Shown in pieces: positions 18,831-37,289 of a stretch of DNA of 64,000 nucleotides. The notes under the pieces are model-generated. The model made no database searches. It had not been told where the DNA came from and saw only the letters and a list, made by a program, of their open reading frames with translations. The stretch is from the human T2T-CHM13v2.0 reference genome, Homo sapiens, in assembly GCF_009914755.1 (NCBI RefSeq), contig NC_060935.1; one strand, 5' to 3'. A program made the position numbers and the translations under genes. Every line of letters starts with the position of its first letter. Position 1 is the first letter of the stretch.

Positions 18831-19923
18831 TGACTAATTTTTGTATTTTTAGTAGAGACGGGGTTTCACCATGTTGGCCAGGCTGGTCTCAAATTCCTGA
18901 CCTTAGGTGATCCACCCGCCTTGGCCTCCCAACGTGCTGGGATTACAGGAGTAAGCCACCATGCCCGGCTATAAATTATTTTTTAATGCTTTAATATAAT
19001 TTCATGAGACAGGCAATTTTTTCTTTTTAATGTCTCAGCAGAATCAGAGACAGGTAATTTATATATGAAGGCTCTGGATGACGCAAACCAAGGGTTAAAG
19101 GCATTTGTTCCAACATCGAAACAAATTTTAACTTGAATATAAGAAATGAACCACTGGCCAGGCACATGGTGGCTCACGCCTGTAACCCCAGCACTTTGGG
19201 AAGCCGAGGCGGGTGGATCGCCTGACATGAGGAGTTCGAGACCAGCCTGGCAAACGTGTTGAAACCCCGTCTCTACTAAAAATACAAAAATTAGCTGGGC
19301 ATGGTGGTGCATGCCTGTAATCCCAGCTACTCAGGAGGCTGGGGCAGGACAATCACTTGAACCCAGGAGGCGGAGGCTGCAGTGAGCCTCCAGCCTGGGC
19401 AACAGAGACTCCGTCTCAAAAAAAAAAAAAAAAAAAAGAAAGAAAGAAAAAAAGAACCACTGATGTTAGTAAATTAAAAACATTTAACATCATTTTGGGT
19501 AATCCTGATGATAAACTAAATAATAATTTACAATGAAAATTAAGTAAAAATGTAACAAATTCACAGTTCAAACATTTTCTTGAATACCACAGATCAAAGT
19601 CCACAAAAAACTGCAAGTTTTCCAGTACTTTTACTCTATATTTGGCACTTTGTTTGGAACTGAATGATTTCTTGCTTAGGAAAGCCTCGAATAATCACCT
19701 TTGTGTTTCATGCATATTATGATCATTTCTTTTTTTTTGTTTGTTCTATAGGCAGGCTCCCATGCTCTGTCACCCAGGCTGGATGGAGTGCAATGGCACG
19801 ATCATAGCTCAATATTACCTCCATCTCCTAGGTTCAAGTGATCCTCCCACCTCAGACTACTGAGTAGCTGGGACTGCAGGCACGTGCCACTATGCTCTGC
19901 TAGTTGTTGTTTTTTTTAGATAG

Positions 19924-20205
<282 letters not shown>

Positions 20206-20970
20206 TAATTTCAAAATTTTTTATAGGCTGGGCGCAGTGGCCTAGGCCTGTAATCCCAGCACTTTGGCAGGCCGAGATGGGTGGATCACGAGGTCAGGAG
20301 TTCAAGATCAGCCTGGGCAGCACAGTGAAACCCCATCTCTACTAAAAATACAAAAATTAGCTGGGCATGGTGGCATACATCTACAGTCCCAACTACTTGG
20401 GAGCCTGAGGCAGGAGAATCGCTTGAACTGGGAGGTGGGGGCTGCAGTAAGCCAAGATTGCACCACGGCACTCCAGCCTGGGCGACAGAGTGAGACTCTG
20501 TCTCAAAAAAATAAATAAATAAAGTTTTTTATACAGATGGGGTCTCGCTATGTGACCCAGGCTGTTCTCAAACTCCTGGATTCAAGTGATCCTCCCAAAG
20601 TGCTAGGACTAAAGGCCTGAGTCCTCATTTGTTTACATGACAAAAAAAATTTAACTGACCTATGGCTGGGAACAGTGGCTCACACCTGTAATCCCAGCAC
20701 CCACCCTGTCTCTACAAAAAATTAAAGAACTAGCAGAGCATAGTGGTGCATGCCTGTACTCCTACCTACTCGGGAAACTGAGGTAGGGGATCATTTCAGC
20801 CCAGGAGGTTGAGGCTGCAGTGAGCCATAACTGTGCCACTACACTTCAGCCTGGGTAACAGAGCAAGACCCTGCCTCAAAAAAAAAAAAAAAAAAAAAGA
20901 GGTGTGAGCCCCTCTTTCTCAAGTCCAGTAAGATACCCAGTAAACTAAAGGTTCCTACTTATGAAATTTA

Positions 20971-21252
<282 letters not shown>

Positions 21253-21798
21253 CTATCTCAAAACTCAGTCTCAAAAAAAAAAAAAAAACATTGTGGGCTG
21301 GGCACAGTGGCTCACGCCTGTAATCCTAGTACTTTGGGAGGACAAGGTGGGCAGATCACTTGAGGCCAGGAGTTTGGGACCAGCCTGGCCAACAGGTTTA
21401 AAACCCCATCTCTACTAAAAATACAAAAATTAGCCAGCCGTGGTGGCACACATCTATAATCCCAACTACTCAGGGGACTGAGGCACAAAAATCCTTCAAC
21501 TCAGGAGAGGAGGCAGAGATCACAGTAAGCCAAAATCAACACCACTTACTCCAGCCTGGGCGATAGAGTGAAACTATCTCAAATGAAGAAAAAAAAAAAA
21601 AAATTGTGAAGGAAGGCAATTTGGAGAAAACATGACCTTCCTGATACTTTGAAATCACATTTCACAGTTCTCCATTACCACATCAGGCTGGCCCTGGTTG
21701 AAAGTCTAACTACATCTTAGTAGTCCTTCATATAATCTATGATTATACCAGGGTGGTATTACTAGGGTTTAATAGCTCTGGGATATTTTGCCCTTCTA

Positions 21799-22329
<531 letters not shown>

Positions 22330-22418
22330 TTACAGGCATCAGCTACTGCACTTGGCCTTAATCCACTTTCATCTTATAAATATCTATACATTTTCAGTTT
22401 ATCTCTCAGTATACTTAC

Positions 22419-22536
22419 TCACTAAGCTGAGGAAAATTTTTATATACCAAAAACATAACAAAAGCTGCAGATAAGAAAATGGACACCAATATAAGGAGTG
22501 ACATTCTTGCTGATCCAGCTTCTACCCAGGATTTTT
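22419..22536 (-). CDS. TMEM41B: TMEM41B coding exon 2 (118 nt; EKSWVEAGSARMSLLILVSIFLSAAFVMFLVYKNFPQLSE)
   Basis: Acceptor TTTCTTCCAG|, donor GA|GTAAGT; frame continues from exon 1; hydrophobic transmembrane segment. Confidence 0.97.
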
Positions 22537-22793
22537 CTGGAAGAAAAAAGAAAGTATAATTAAGATAAATATAAAGGAAGACATGCTAGCAAATAATTTC
22601 TGTACATGCTTTCCTTCCAGAAAATGGCGTGTGCTTTTGCCTAAAATGATGTGACATTAAATTTAAGCACTGGGCCGGGCACAGTGGCTCACGCCTGTAA
22701 TCCCAGCACTTTGGGAAGCCGAGGCAGGTAGATCACTTGAGGTTGGGAGTTCGAGACCAACCTCACCAACATGGAGAAACTCCGTCTCTACTA

Positions 22794-22976
<183 letters not shown>

Positions 22977-23525
22977 TTATATTTAAGCACTGTACAGTAC
23001 TTGAAGTTTAATAACTGGATATATTACTTTGGGGGGATATATCCATTTTAGAAGTATGAAAAAGCAGAACACCAGACTCTGTAGCATTGGTTTATTGATA
23101 AGCCAAAGGGGAAAAAAAGAACATTGTTCTAAATGCTCTAAATTTTATCATACTGTCAATTTCATATTTCTATACTGGGAGCCAACAGCATAGACAAAAT
23201 GGCCCCTTTGGAAAAATGAGGTAATTTGGCAATTACTTCACCTGTTTTAAGAACATAAATATTCACAAATGCAACTGGTGAAATGTTATACTTTCTCTTT
23301 ATACCAAATGCATCGGAATATAAACTTGAATCTCAAATGTTTTGGGTACCTCTGCAACTCCAACAATGGGAGAATATTTATAGTCCCTCAAAAGGTAATC
23401 TCAGTATTAGCTTAAAAAATTATATGAACGAGGCCAGGCGCGGTGGCTCACGCCTGTAATCCCAGCACTTTGGGAGGCCGAAGCGGGCAGATCATGAGGT
23501 CAGGAGATCGAGACCATCCTGGCTA

Positions 23526-23730
<205 letters not shown>

Positions 23731-24042
23731 TTAACAATAAAAGTATGGAATGAGATTCCAGAAGCAGTAAGCAGAAGAAAGTACGGGACTGTTTTCCCAG
23801 GAACTGGTCAATAGCGCGAAGGCCAGGACAACTTTACATTGCACTCACTGGGGAAGAGGTAGGAGTGGGTGACTCAATTTTTATTTTACCATTATCCCTT
23901 GTATACACTGATAATACTCAAGAGTATTTAAAAATATGTATACTATATGGCCCGGCATGATGGCCCACGCCTGTAATCCCAGCACTTTGGGAGGCCGAGG
24001 TGGGCGGATCACAAGGTCAGGAGATTGAGACCATCCTGGCTA

Positions 24043-24225
<183 letters not shown>

Positions 24226-24739
24226 TCAGATTTATTATTTTTAGTTCCCTTAGAATGGATTCAACTATTGCACAGGTGGCTTTCAAACACGCGTTTATGA
24301 AGTATCCTAAAAGTACTGAACTGCCTATACTCTCTTTAGCAAATCCTTCTTCATAAAAGTTTACAAATGTGTATTAGACAGCTGTCATTGCTGCTCTGCC
24401 CCATCTCCCTTCTCTTGAATTAACACCCTTCCCCTGTCCCATAAGGGGGCCAATCTCAGTAGCCCCTATTCTAACATTCTACCCTCCCAAACCCAGAAAA
24501 CTGTCTGGCCCAGGGTTGGACACCTCACCCAAGTAGTAACAAATCATTACTGGCTGACCAGATTTTCTCTTGATAATTTGAACTAAAAGAGATACTGGTT
24601 GTCAAGCGATAGTGGGACTTGGAGCTAAAAGGTTAAATGGTGGAGGACACAGTAAGCCAAAGTGGTACGCCGAAGACATGTATCAGAAAACAAGAAAGGT
24701 TGGAACAGAAACCCAGAGAAGCAGAATTGGGAAATATAG

Positions 24740-25048
<309 letters not shown>

Positions 25049-25499
25049 TAGCCAGGATGGTCTTATCTCCTGATCTTGTGATCCACCCGCCTCGGCCTCC
25101 CAAAGTGCTGGGATTACAGGCGTGAGCCATAGCGCCCGGCATTATTTTTCTCTTGTTTTAACAATCTTCCTTTTTTCCTAGTTTAAACTGATGTCTATTC
25201 CTTTCAACCAAAAAGTCTTGACTAAATAAAAGATGAGCTTCATTTTTATCCCTTGTCTCACTACAACAATTGGCATTAGTAAGATTTTGCTGATTTTTTT
25301 ACCCCCGCAAGAGACAGGGTCTCCCTATGTTGCCGAGGCTGGACTTGAACTCCTGGGCTCCAGCAATCCTCCTACTTCAGCCCCTCAAGTAGCTGGCACT
25401 ACAGGCATGTAACACTGAGCCCTGACTAGATATTACTAAATTCTATGTTGAACACATAGAGAAATAGAAACCAACTAGCTCCTTGCTATTCAAAGAATG

Positions 25500-25625
25500 T
25501 TTGGTAGACTACATGAATCAGCATTATCAGGAAGCTTGCTGGAAATTCAGATTCCCACTGAAGCAAAAATCTGCATTTTAATGATACTCGTGATCTTCAT
25601 GCACATTAAAGTTTGAAAAGCTAAA
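25500..25625. mobile_element. MER5-like hAT DNA transposon remnant
   Basis: GAATCAGCA...AATCTGCATTTTAA...TGATCTTCATGCACATTAAAGTTTGAAAAGC resembles MER5A. Confidence 0.55.
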
Positions 25626-25815
25626 ATCTGGCCCACTTTTACAAGTAAGAGGCCCAAAGAAGAAGGGTATACTATTTTTTAAAAAAAAATCCTGAGCCAG
25701 AGTGGTGGTGGTGTACACCTATAGTCCCAACTACTCAAGAAACTCAGTCAGGAGGATCACTTAAGCACAGAACTTTGATTCCGGCCTGGGCAACACAGTG
25801 AGACCCTATCTCTAA

Positions 25816-26177
<362 letters not shown>

Positions 26178-26408
26178 TAGCCAGGCTGGTCTTGAACTCC
26201 TGACCTCAGGTGATCTGCCCACCTCGGCCTACCAAAGTGCAGGGATTATAGGCGTGAATGAGTGTGCCCAGTCTGCAAAGCATTTTAATATCTATTTATA
26301 ATTTACCTGTAATTTCTGTTGAAATAAGAATTGCTTAGGTTAGTGCTTTGATAATACTAAATATAAATTATTCTTACCTATTCATTAAATTTAGCAAGTT
26401 TTCTATAA

Positions 26409-26942
<534 letters not shown>

Positions 26943-27497
26943 TAAACCAAGAATGCCTGTCTCTTAATACTCTAGTTCATTAACCCACAGACGTATTGAT
27001 ATGTATGCTTTTTTGGAACACAGAGAATTAAAAACACACTTTAAACATCTCAGGTAGGTCAAACATGAAAAGGTCTCTGCAGAATCTTGTAATAACAAAT
27101 ACCTAACTGTCATTACATTTATGCTCTGGTTATTATCTAATTCAATACGTATCTTGAGGCCTCCTAATAAGTTATATTCACTCAGAAGTTATATTCTCTA
27201 AAAAAAGAAAGCATAATCAGCAAAAAGCAAAAACATCAGGGTGTACTAAATCCAATTGAATAAAAAACGTTGTTTTGGTTTATAAATATAAACCCCATTT
27301 ATTTATTATTTATTTACTTTTATGAGACGGTGTCTCACTCTGTTGCCCAGGCTGGAGTGCAGTGGTGAAATCATAGCTCACTGCAGCCTTCAACTCCTGG
27401 GAGTTGAATGCCTTCAGCTTCAATCCTCCTGCCTCAGCCTCCTGACTAGCTGGGACCACAGGTGTTTGTGACCATGTCTGCTTAATTAATTAATTAA

Positions 27498-27725
<228 letters not shown>

Positions 27726-28290
27726 TGATCTGCCCCCCTTGGCCTACCAAAGTGCTGGAATTACAGGCGTGAGCCACCACGCCCAGCAATTTTTTGGTTT
27801 TGTATTTAGAGACCAGGTCTCACTATTTTGCCCAGGCTGGTCTTGAACTCCTGGCTTCAAGCAGTCCTCCTGCCTCAGCCTCCCAAAGTGCTGGGATTAC
27901 TGGTATGAGCCATAGAACCGGGCTAGAAAACCTATTTAAACACAAACCGTTTTCACAAGGCTAAAATAGTTATTTTTCTATATATTTTTATTCAATAAAA
28001 AGCTATTCAATAAAGTAGGTAAGGAATGAGGGTAATATATATATATAAGTATTGAGTTTTCTGTAGGCTGACATCAAAGCAAAGACACATTATACATGCA
28101 AGTAGTGTATATTTTTTCAGGATGTCCATTATGATAATTTATAATTATAGGCCAGGTGTCGTGGCTCACTCCTGTAATCGCAGCACTTTGGAAGGCCACG
28201 GTGGGCAGATTGCCTGAGGTCAAGGGTTCGAGACCAGCCTAGCCAACATAGTGAAACCCTGTCTCTACTAAAAATATAAAAAATTAGTCA

Positions 28291-28419
<129 letters not shown>

Positions 28420-28721
28420 TTAATTATAGATGAATTATAGATATTAAACTGTTTTGGAGGCACACTTCACATCATACACTTCTTAAAGGTATGCTACTTT
28501 TAAATCCATCTAAAAGTATGCTACTTTTAAATCCAATTAACTTGCCCCAGCCCAGTTTTAACTTACTTTCCTGCTAGAATCAGGTCCAGAGTATAAGAAA
28601 AACTAACAAAAATAATTTCATATTATGAGCATCTTTTAAAACCTTCAAAACCATTACTAATTTTTTTTTCTTTTTGGTAGACAGAGTCTACCAAATCTTG
28701 TTTTTATAGGTCTACATCTAA

Positions 28722-29127
<406 letters not shown>

Positions 29128-30299
29128 TAGTAACCTCCAAAGCTTCCATCATACTAATTCCCAGTCTGAATTACCCTATTATGTGCTTTTCCAACCTCCT
29201 CCCAGGCCAAAGGTACTGTTATAGAAAGCCAGAATTCGCCGGGCATGGCGGCTCACGCCTGTAATCCCAGCACTTTGGGAGGTCGAGGCGGTCGGATCAT
29301 GAGGTCAGGAGATCGAGACCATCCTGGCTAACACGGTGAAACCCCGTCTCTACTAAAAAAATACAAAAAAAATTAGCCGGGCACAGTGGCGGGCGCCTGT
29401 AGTCCCAGCTACTCAGGATGCTGAGGCAGGAGATCGGCATTAACCCGGGAGGCGGAGCTTGCAGTGAGCTGAGATGGCGCCACCGCACTCTAGCCTGGGC
29501 GATAGAGCGAGACTCCGTCTCAAAAAAAAAAAGAAAGCCAGAATCACGCTCTTGGCCTACAAGACGTTCAACATGTTTTTCTAACTTCAGTTAGGGATAT
29601 CACTGGCAAACAGTAATTCTTTTATAGCAGTCCCCAAAAGAGCTATTTCAAGTCACTTTAAGCCTTTGATTTTACCTTCCTTTAACTGCAACCAATGATG
29701 CTGCCTCCTACTTTAATGAGCACCCCAATCTCTCCCTCAAGATTTGTTCACAAAATTATCTTCCCTTGCTCCTTTCCCTTCATCTTATCATTAAATGTCA
29801 ACACACTTCCTTCTATATCTTGCTCTCTGAATTCTTTCTCCATATACTCAACATCTTCAATTTTTCCCTCTTACAAGTACCTTTCCTTTAACTTCCAATA
29901 TGCATAAATCCATCCTGAAAAATAATTTAACCTTAATGTCCCTCCAGTAGCTCCATAATTCTCCTACTACTTTTACAAAGCAAAATATTCCAATGTCTAC
30001 GAGATCTTAGGAATGACTCACACTGGTCATCTAGTCCATTAGTTTTCAATATTCAGTGTTTTCTAGATATACTTGATCCCACCACGAACGAAGGAAAAAA
30101 AATCCATTTATCCTAAGGACATAAGCTTACAGGCCAACAAGTCTCTTAAGGTCACAAGAATCCACTGTAATATTGTCAGAAATAAACTTTATTTCAACGG
30201 TCTTAAACTATTAAAAAAATTAATTGAAAATGGTATTAACATCAAGTATAAATTTAAACAGCTGAAGTATCATAAAATAAATTCTTTTTTTTTTTTTGA

Positions 30300-30852
<553 letters not shown>

Positions 30853-30973
30853 TGAGCCACCGCGCCCAGCCTTAAAATCATTTTTTAAAAACACAACAGA
30901 GGCGAGACACAGTGGCTCACACATGTAATCCCAGCACTTTGGGAGGCTGAGGTGGACACATCACTTGAAGTCA

Positions 30974-31201
<228 letters not shown>

Positions 31202-31972
31202 TCAATAAATCATTAAGATGGAGAACTTGCTAAATAAAATATTCCATTCCTTGCCTTTTTCTTCCATGAGCTTACTTCTTCCATTTTCTCCCTTCTGTTG
31301 GACTCTTCATTCTCTTCCTTCCATGCCAGCCTGGACTCCAAGAAGTATCATCTGAACTAGCACCTTTGACTGAAATCCTTATTCTTTCCTTATAGCCACC
31401 TAACCAAAAATCAGCACTACAAATTCACTTTCTTCCTTCCTACATCACAATGGTTTAGCACAAATACAGAAAAATCACTGAGTGATCCATCACAGAAATC
31501 CATGTCATTGGGAAAACTGATTTAGCTCTATTCCTACTCTTTCTTCTACATGTAGAATATGAATCAGGCTGAGCCAATCAGGTTACTCTGATGACCTACT
31601 GACAATAATGATAGGTTCAGGAAAAAGCATCTGATCTGAGGCAATCTAATCAGTGAATAGCAAGACTTCATCCGTAATACTAGGACAAAGATTCTCAAAA
31701 TTAACATGGAAGCATTTAGCTTACCTGAAGCTTCAAGGGGAACCAAACTTAAGGTTAAGCTGACATCAAATAAGCAAATCAAGATATGAAAAATCTGATC
31801 CTGGCCGGGCGTGGGGCTAACACCTATAATCCCAGCACTTTGGGAGGCCAAGGCGGGTGAATTACTGGAGGTCAGGAGTTCAAGACCAGCCTGGCCAACA
31901 CAGAGATAACCCGTCTCTACTAAAAATACAAAATTAGCTGGGCGTGGTGACGTGTGCCTGTAATCCCGGCTA

Positions 31973-32080
<108 letters not shown>

Positions 32081-32249
32081 TCAAAAAAAAAGAAAGAAAG
32101 AAAAATCTGATCCTGAAGATGCTGAGCAACTGGCTCCAGCCTGATGCCACCAAATCCTACTCATTACTTGATTTACTTACATGGACCAATAAGCTCCCTT
32201 TCAGCAAGGGTTCCAGTGGGTTTTCTGTCGTAGACCAAAAAAATTCTGA

Positions 32250-32767
<518 letters not shown>

Positions 32768-33155
32768 CTAGACCAGGGATCTGGATTATCCAAGTCAGAA
32801 CAATATTGTCAGCCAGGCGCAGTGGCTTACACCTGTAATCCCAGCACTTTGGGAGGCTGAGGCAGGCAGATCACAAGGTCAGGAGATCGAGACCATCCTG
32901 GCTAACATGGTGAAACCCCATCTCTACTAAAAATACAAAAAATTAGCCAGGCGTGGTGGTGGGTGCCTGTAGTCCCAGCTACTTGGGAGGCTGAGGCAGG
33001 AGAATGGCGTGAACCCGGGAGGGGGAGGTTGCAAGTGAGCCAAGATCGCACCACTGCACTCCAGCCTGGGTGACAGAGCAAGACTCCATCTCAAAAAAAA
33101 AAACAAAAGAACAAAAAAAAATATTGTTTTCTAGAAGCAATAAAATCAACTTTGA

Positions 33156-33506
<351 letters not shown>

Positions 33507-33825
33507 TAATGTACATGACCCGGTATACACAAAATCTATATAACTCAAGGAAAGATTAAACAAAAAAAAACCAGCATTTAATCCCAAAGCACTGATATTT
33601 TCTCTTCTATTCCATTTTTTTAAAAAAAATGCTTATTATTGATTATCCATCAAATTGATTTCACACCCCTCACAAGGGTCATGACTTATATATTGAAAAA
33701 CATAGTCCAGCTCTCTTAAGTTAAAATGGAGAACTTGCTAGTAAATACATAGGTCGGGGCAAACACCACCAAAAAAGTTATGTACTCTAGTCCAGTCACC
33801 TTCAAACCGATTAGGTTAAGAGCCC

Positions 33826-34910
33826 TTTTTTTTTTTTTTTTTTTTTTAACCAGGAGAAATAACTTTATTTGGACTGAGAGCTGGAGAACAAGAATAGGAC
33901 CCGAGATAGCATACTGGGCTAAGGAGGAGAGGTAAGGTTCCAAAATGGCAGTCAAAGCTCATCGACCAAACAGACTCTACTTCCCAGCAACCTTGCAGTT
34001 AGTGCAACCAACAAAAGGCCTGCTGGGGAATGTATTTTCCACTAAATTCCCCAAGTATGCCAACATTACAAAAAAGATAGAGGTTTTTCATCATAATTAA
34101 ATTTCCACAATCCTCCCCAATCATGAGTATTATAAGCAGAAGTAAAAAATCACATTTTACAGATCTCAAACTTGTCTTCAACATTTAGTTCATCATCTTC
34201 AAAAAACAGCTCCCCTGCTAAACTCATTAGCTATATGATCTATCCAAGCAACAACAAGATGGCCAGGCCATGCCAATTCTCTTCCCATTTTCCCTAGCCA
34301 CTCAGGGCTCAACAGCAGGGTGAAGCTCAGGCGGGGGTAGGGTGTGGGGAGCACAAGGGCTACTTTCCCCCAATACAACATGGCATCTGAAGCTTGATAG
34401 GAGAGCAGAACTGGTGAGACTTGAGGGAAGGACCCAGGGCCTGTATTCAGTCAGAATCACTGCTGGAAGAGGAGGAGGAATGCTTGCTATGCTTGTGCAT
34501 CTTTTTATGAGCTTTCTTCATTTTCTTCTGTATCTTCTTGCCCACTATCACTGCTGGTCCGACCATGCCAGGAGCCAAGGGACTCACAGGAGGCATTCCA
34601 GGAGCAGACGGTGGGTATGGAGGAGGGTAGGGACCCGAGGATTGGCATCCTGGATACCCTGGCTGTGGCACAGGATGAGGGGGCCAACCTGGGGGGAAAG
34701 CTGAATTGCCTTGCGGAGCTCCTGGGGGAGGAGGACAGGGGCCTGGGGGAAAGGGTGGGTTGATAGGTGGTGAGTGGGCAGGATTGGAACCTCCAGGGCA
34801 CCCAATGTTGGGTGGATATGGATTTGGCCCTGGCTGCCTGGCACTGGGATTCCACATGTTTAGGTGTGTCCTCCAGCCTTTCCACTGCTGCCTGGGCTTG
34901 ATGCATTCTC
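33826..34910 (-). pseudogene. Processed retrocopy of PRR13 (proline-rich 13/TXR1) in TMEM41B intron 1; possibly the annotated PRR13P2 (number from memory)
   Basis: Intronless ORF 34857-34447 (MWNPSARQPGPNPYPPNIGCPGGSNPAH...SSSDSD) is recognisably PRR13. It has a 3' UTR, AATAAA at 33869-33864, a 22-nt poly(A) at 33847-33826 and an imperfect TSD (AAGAGC at 33818 and 34911). Confidence 0.93.
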
Positions 34911-35854
34911 AAGAGCTTCTTAACTAGTTTCACCTCCTGTCTGCTCTCTCATCTTCATCATGCAAAAATTAGACTTTCCGTGTTACCTCTGCCTTACTCA
35001 AGTAGTCAAAGTGGTCCACAGTCTACTAGGCTTAGCTCTGAGACTAGAGGCCAGAGTAATGGCAAGGAATCCACTAAATGTACCAAACATTGCAGATAGC
35101 ATGTAAAACAGTTCAAACATACATATGATGATAACTACTTATTTGTCAAAGTTATATATGTGTCACTTAATAGAATACAAATTCATTTCCAAGTATCATG
35201 GAATTTACAGGAACATTCTGACACATCCTGAACAGGCCAACCTCATCGCCTACTACCACCCAACAGAAACCCTCTGCTCCTGACAAATTAATCTCCCTAC
35301 CCACACACATAAAAGTTTCACACTAACCTTCAACCCTACTACTCTCTTTCTCCTAGCCTGGAATACCCTTCCCTTCTCTTTACTTATCCAAACCTTACTT
35401 ATCTGGCAAAGCACAATGGCTCATGCCTGTAATTCCAGCATTTGGGGAGGCCAAGGCAGGAAGACGCTTGAGCCCAGGACTTCAAGACACCCTGGCCCCT
35501 TCTCTACAAAAAACAAATAATTAGCTGAGCATGGTGGCACACACCTGTAGTCAGCTATTTGAGGGGGCTGAGGTGGGAAGATCGCATGAGCCCAGGTAGC
35601 TGAGGCTGCAGCAAGCTATGATCATGCCACTGCACTCCAGCATAGGTGACACAGCGAGGCCTTGTCTCAAGTCACTAAAAACAGGCCTTACTTCATCATG
35701 AAGTGAAGGCACGCCTTCACATCTCTTCCCTGTCTTCCTATAGATTTGTGATCTATAGATGTCATGGGACAGCATCATAAGAATAATTGTAGGCCAGGCG
35801 TGGTGGCTCACGCCTGTAATCCCAGCACTTTGGGAGGCCGAGGCGGGCGGATCA

Positions 35855-36163
<309 letters not shown>

Positions 36164-36829
36164 TTATTTTTTGAATAGCTTTAGGTAAAAATCATGAATA
36201 CAACTGGCTGCTACCTCAAATGAGATGTCAATTTTTAGGGATGCCCTATCTGGAACACTTTTTCAGGAAACCCAGACCTTGGAATATTGTCACCCTCAGT
36301 AGTAGAGTCTTCAAAACAATCTTTCTTTTATTCAGAGCTGATTTATACATTAACAACGATTCATTTCTCAGTTTTTGAAATTATATGAAGTCACCTGGAT
36401 CCAGTGTATATAAGCTGGAAAAATACCCAAAAACATAAGGCTGACAGCCAAATTAGACTGTTGGAGACATTTTAAATTATTTGAAAATACATTAACATTT
36501 TCTACTACATACTCTTAGAAGTTCTCCTAGCCATCACTGGTGGTGGAACACACCTATGTGAGCTACAGACAAACTTGTTAGGATCACTTTAAGTTTATGA
36601 GCTTTAAAATCATTTAAAGAACGATTCCAGGCCAACACGGAATCAAAGTATTTAGTTTCTACGTACAGTTTTTTCCTTAAAACAATATTTAAAGCCGTGA
36701 GATTCTGCAATTATAGAGGCAGTAGGAATAAAGAGAAAACAAAAACCAAAAATAAAGCCGTGAGAAATGTCAGGATGATGTAGTGGGGAAATAAACTTTA
36801 GAATGAGTGACCTTAGCTGTAACTAAGTA

Positions 36830-37150
36830 ATTGCTAATATTTATTTAGCCCCCACTTCATATCCAAGCATTGCTCTAAATCTTTTACGTGAATTATTTCG
36901 TTTAACCCACGCACCACCTATTAAGTAGATATTATTATTATCCCCATTTCACAGTTCAGACACTGAGCTTTTTTTGAAAGTTACCAAGTCCAAGGTTCCA
37001 AGTAAACAGTAGGGCAGGGACTCAAGCCCAGGTGTACTGCCACCTGGAAGTATTAAGTCCTCGCTCCTAACTACTACTTCACTGATCTGGCTTTATGACT
37101 TTATAAGTCATATACCCACACTGGGCCTCAGTTTCTTCATCTGTAAAAAC
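36830..37150. mobile_element. MIR fragments
   Basis: ATTATCCCCATTTCACAG...CACTGAG and GGGCCTCAGTTTCTTCATCTGTAAAA core motifs. Confidence 0.7.
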
Positions 37151-37289
37151 AACGCAGCGAATGCCACAGTACAGCTCCTTCCAGCTCTGCCTAGCGTCGT
37201 TATCATCAACCTTACAATCTACCTGAGCGTCAACAAGCCAGTGTCATCCCTTCTTTTAAATGAATTCTACTCAAACAGCATTTACAACG

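Noticed and set aside
34199-34933. Alternative-frame and antisense ORFs over the PRR13 copy (e.g. 34342..34704+, 34706..34927+, 34584..34844-)
   Set aside because: Shadow frames of a GC-rich, proline-codon-rich sequence.
34911-34980. Possible splice acceptor fusing TMEM41B exon 1 to the PRR13 retrocopy
   Set aside because: The minus-strand sequence upstream of the copy is purine-rich, with no convincing polypyrimidine tract before an AG.
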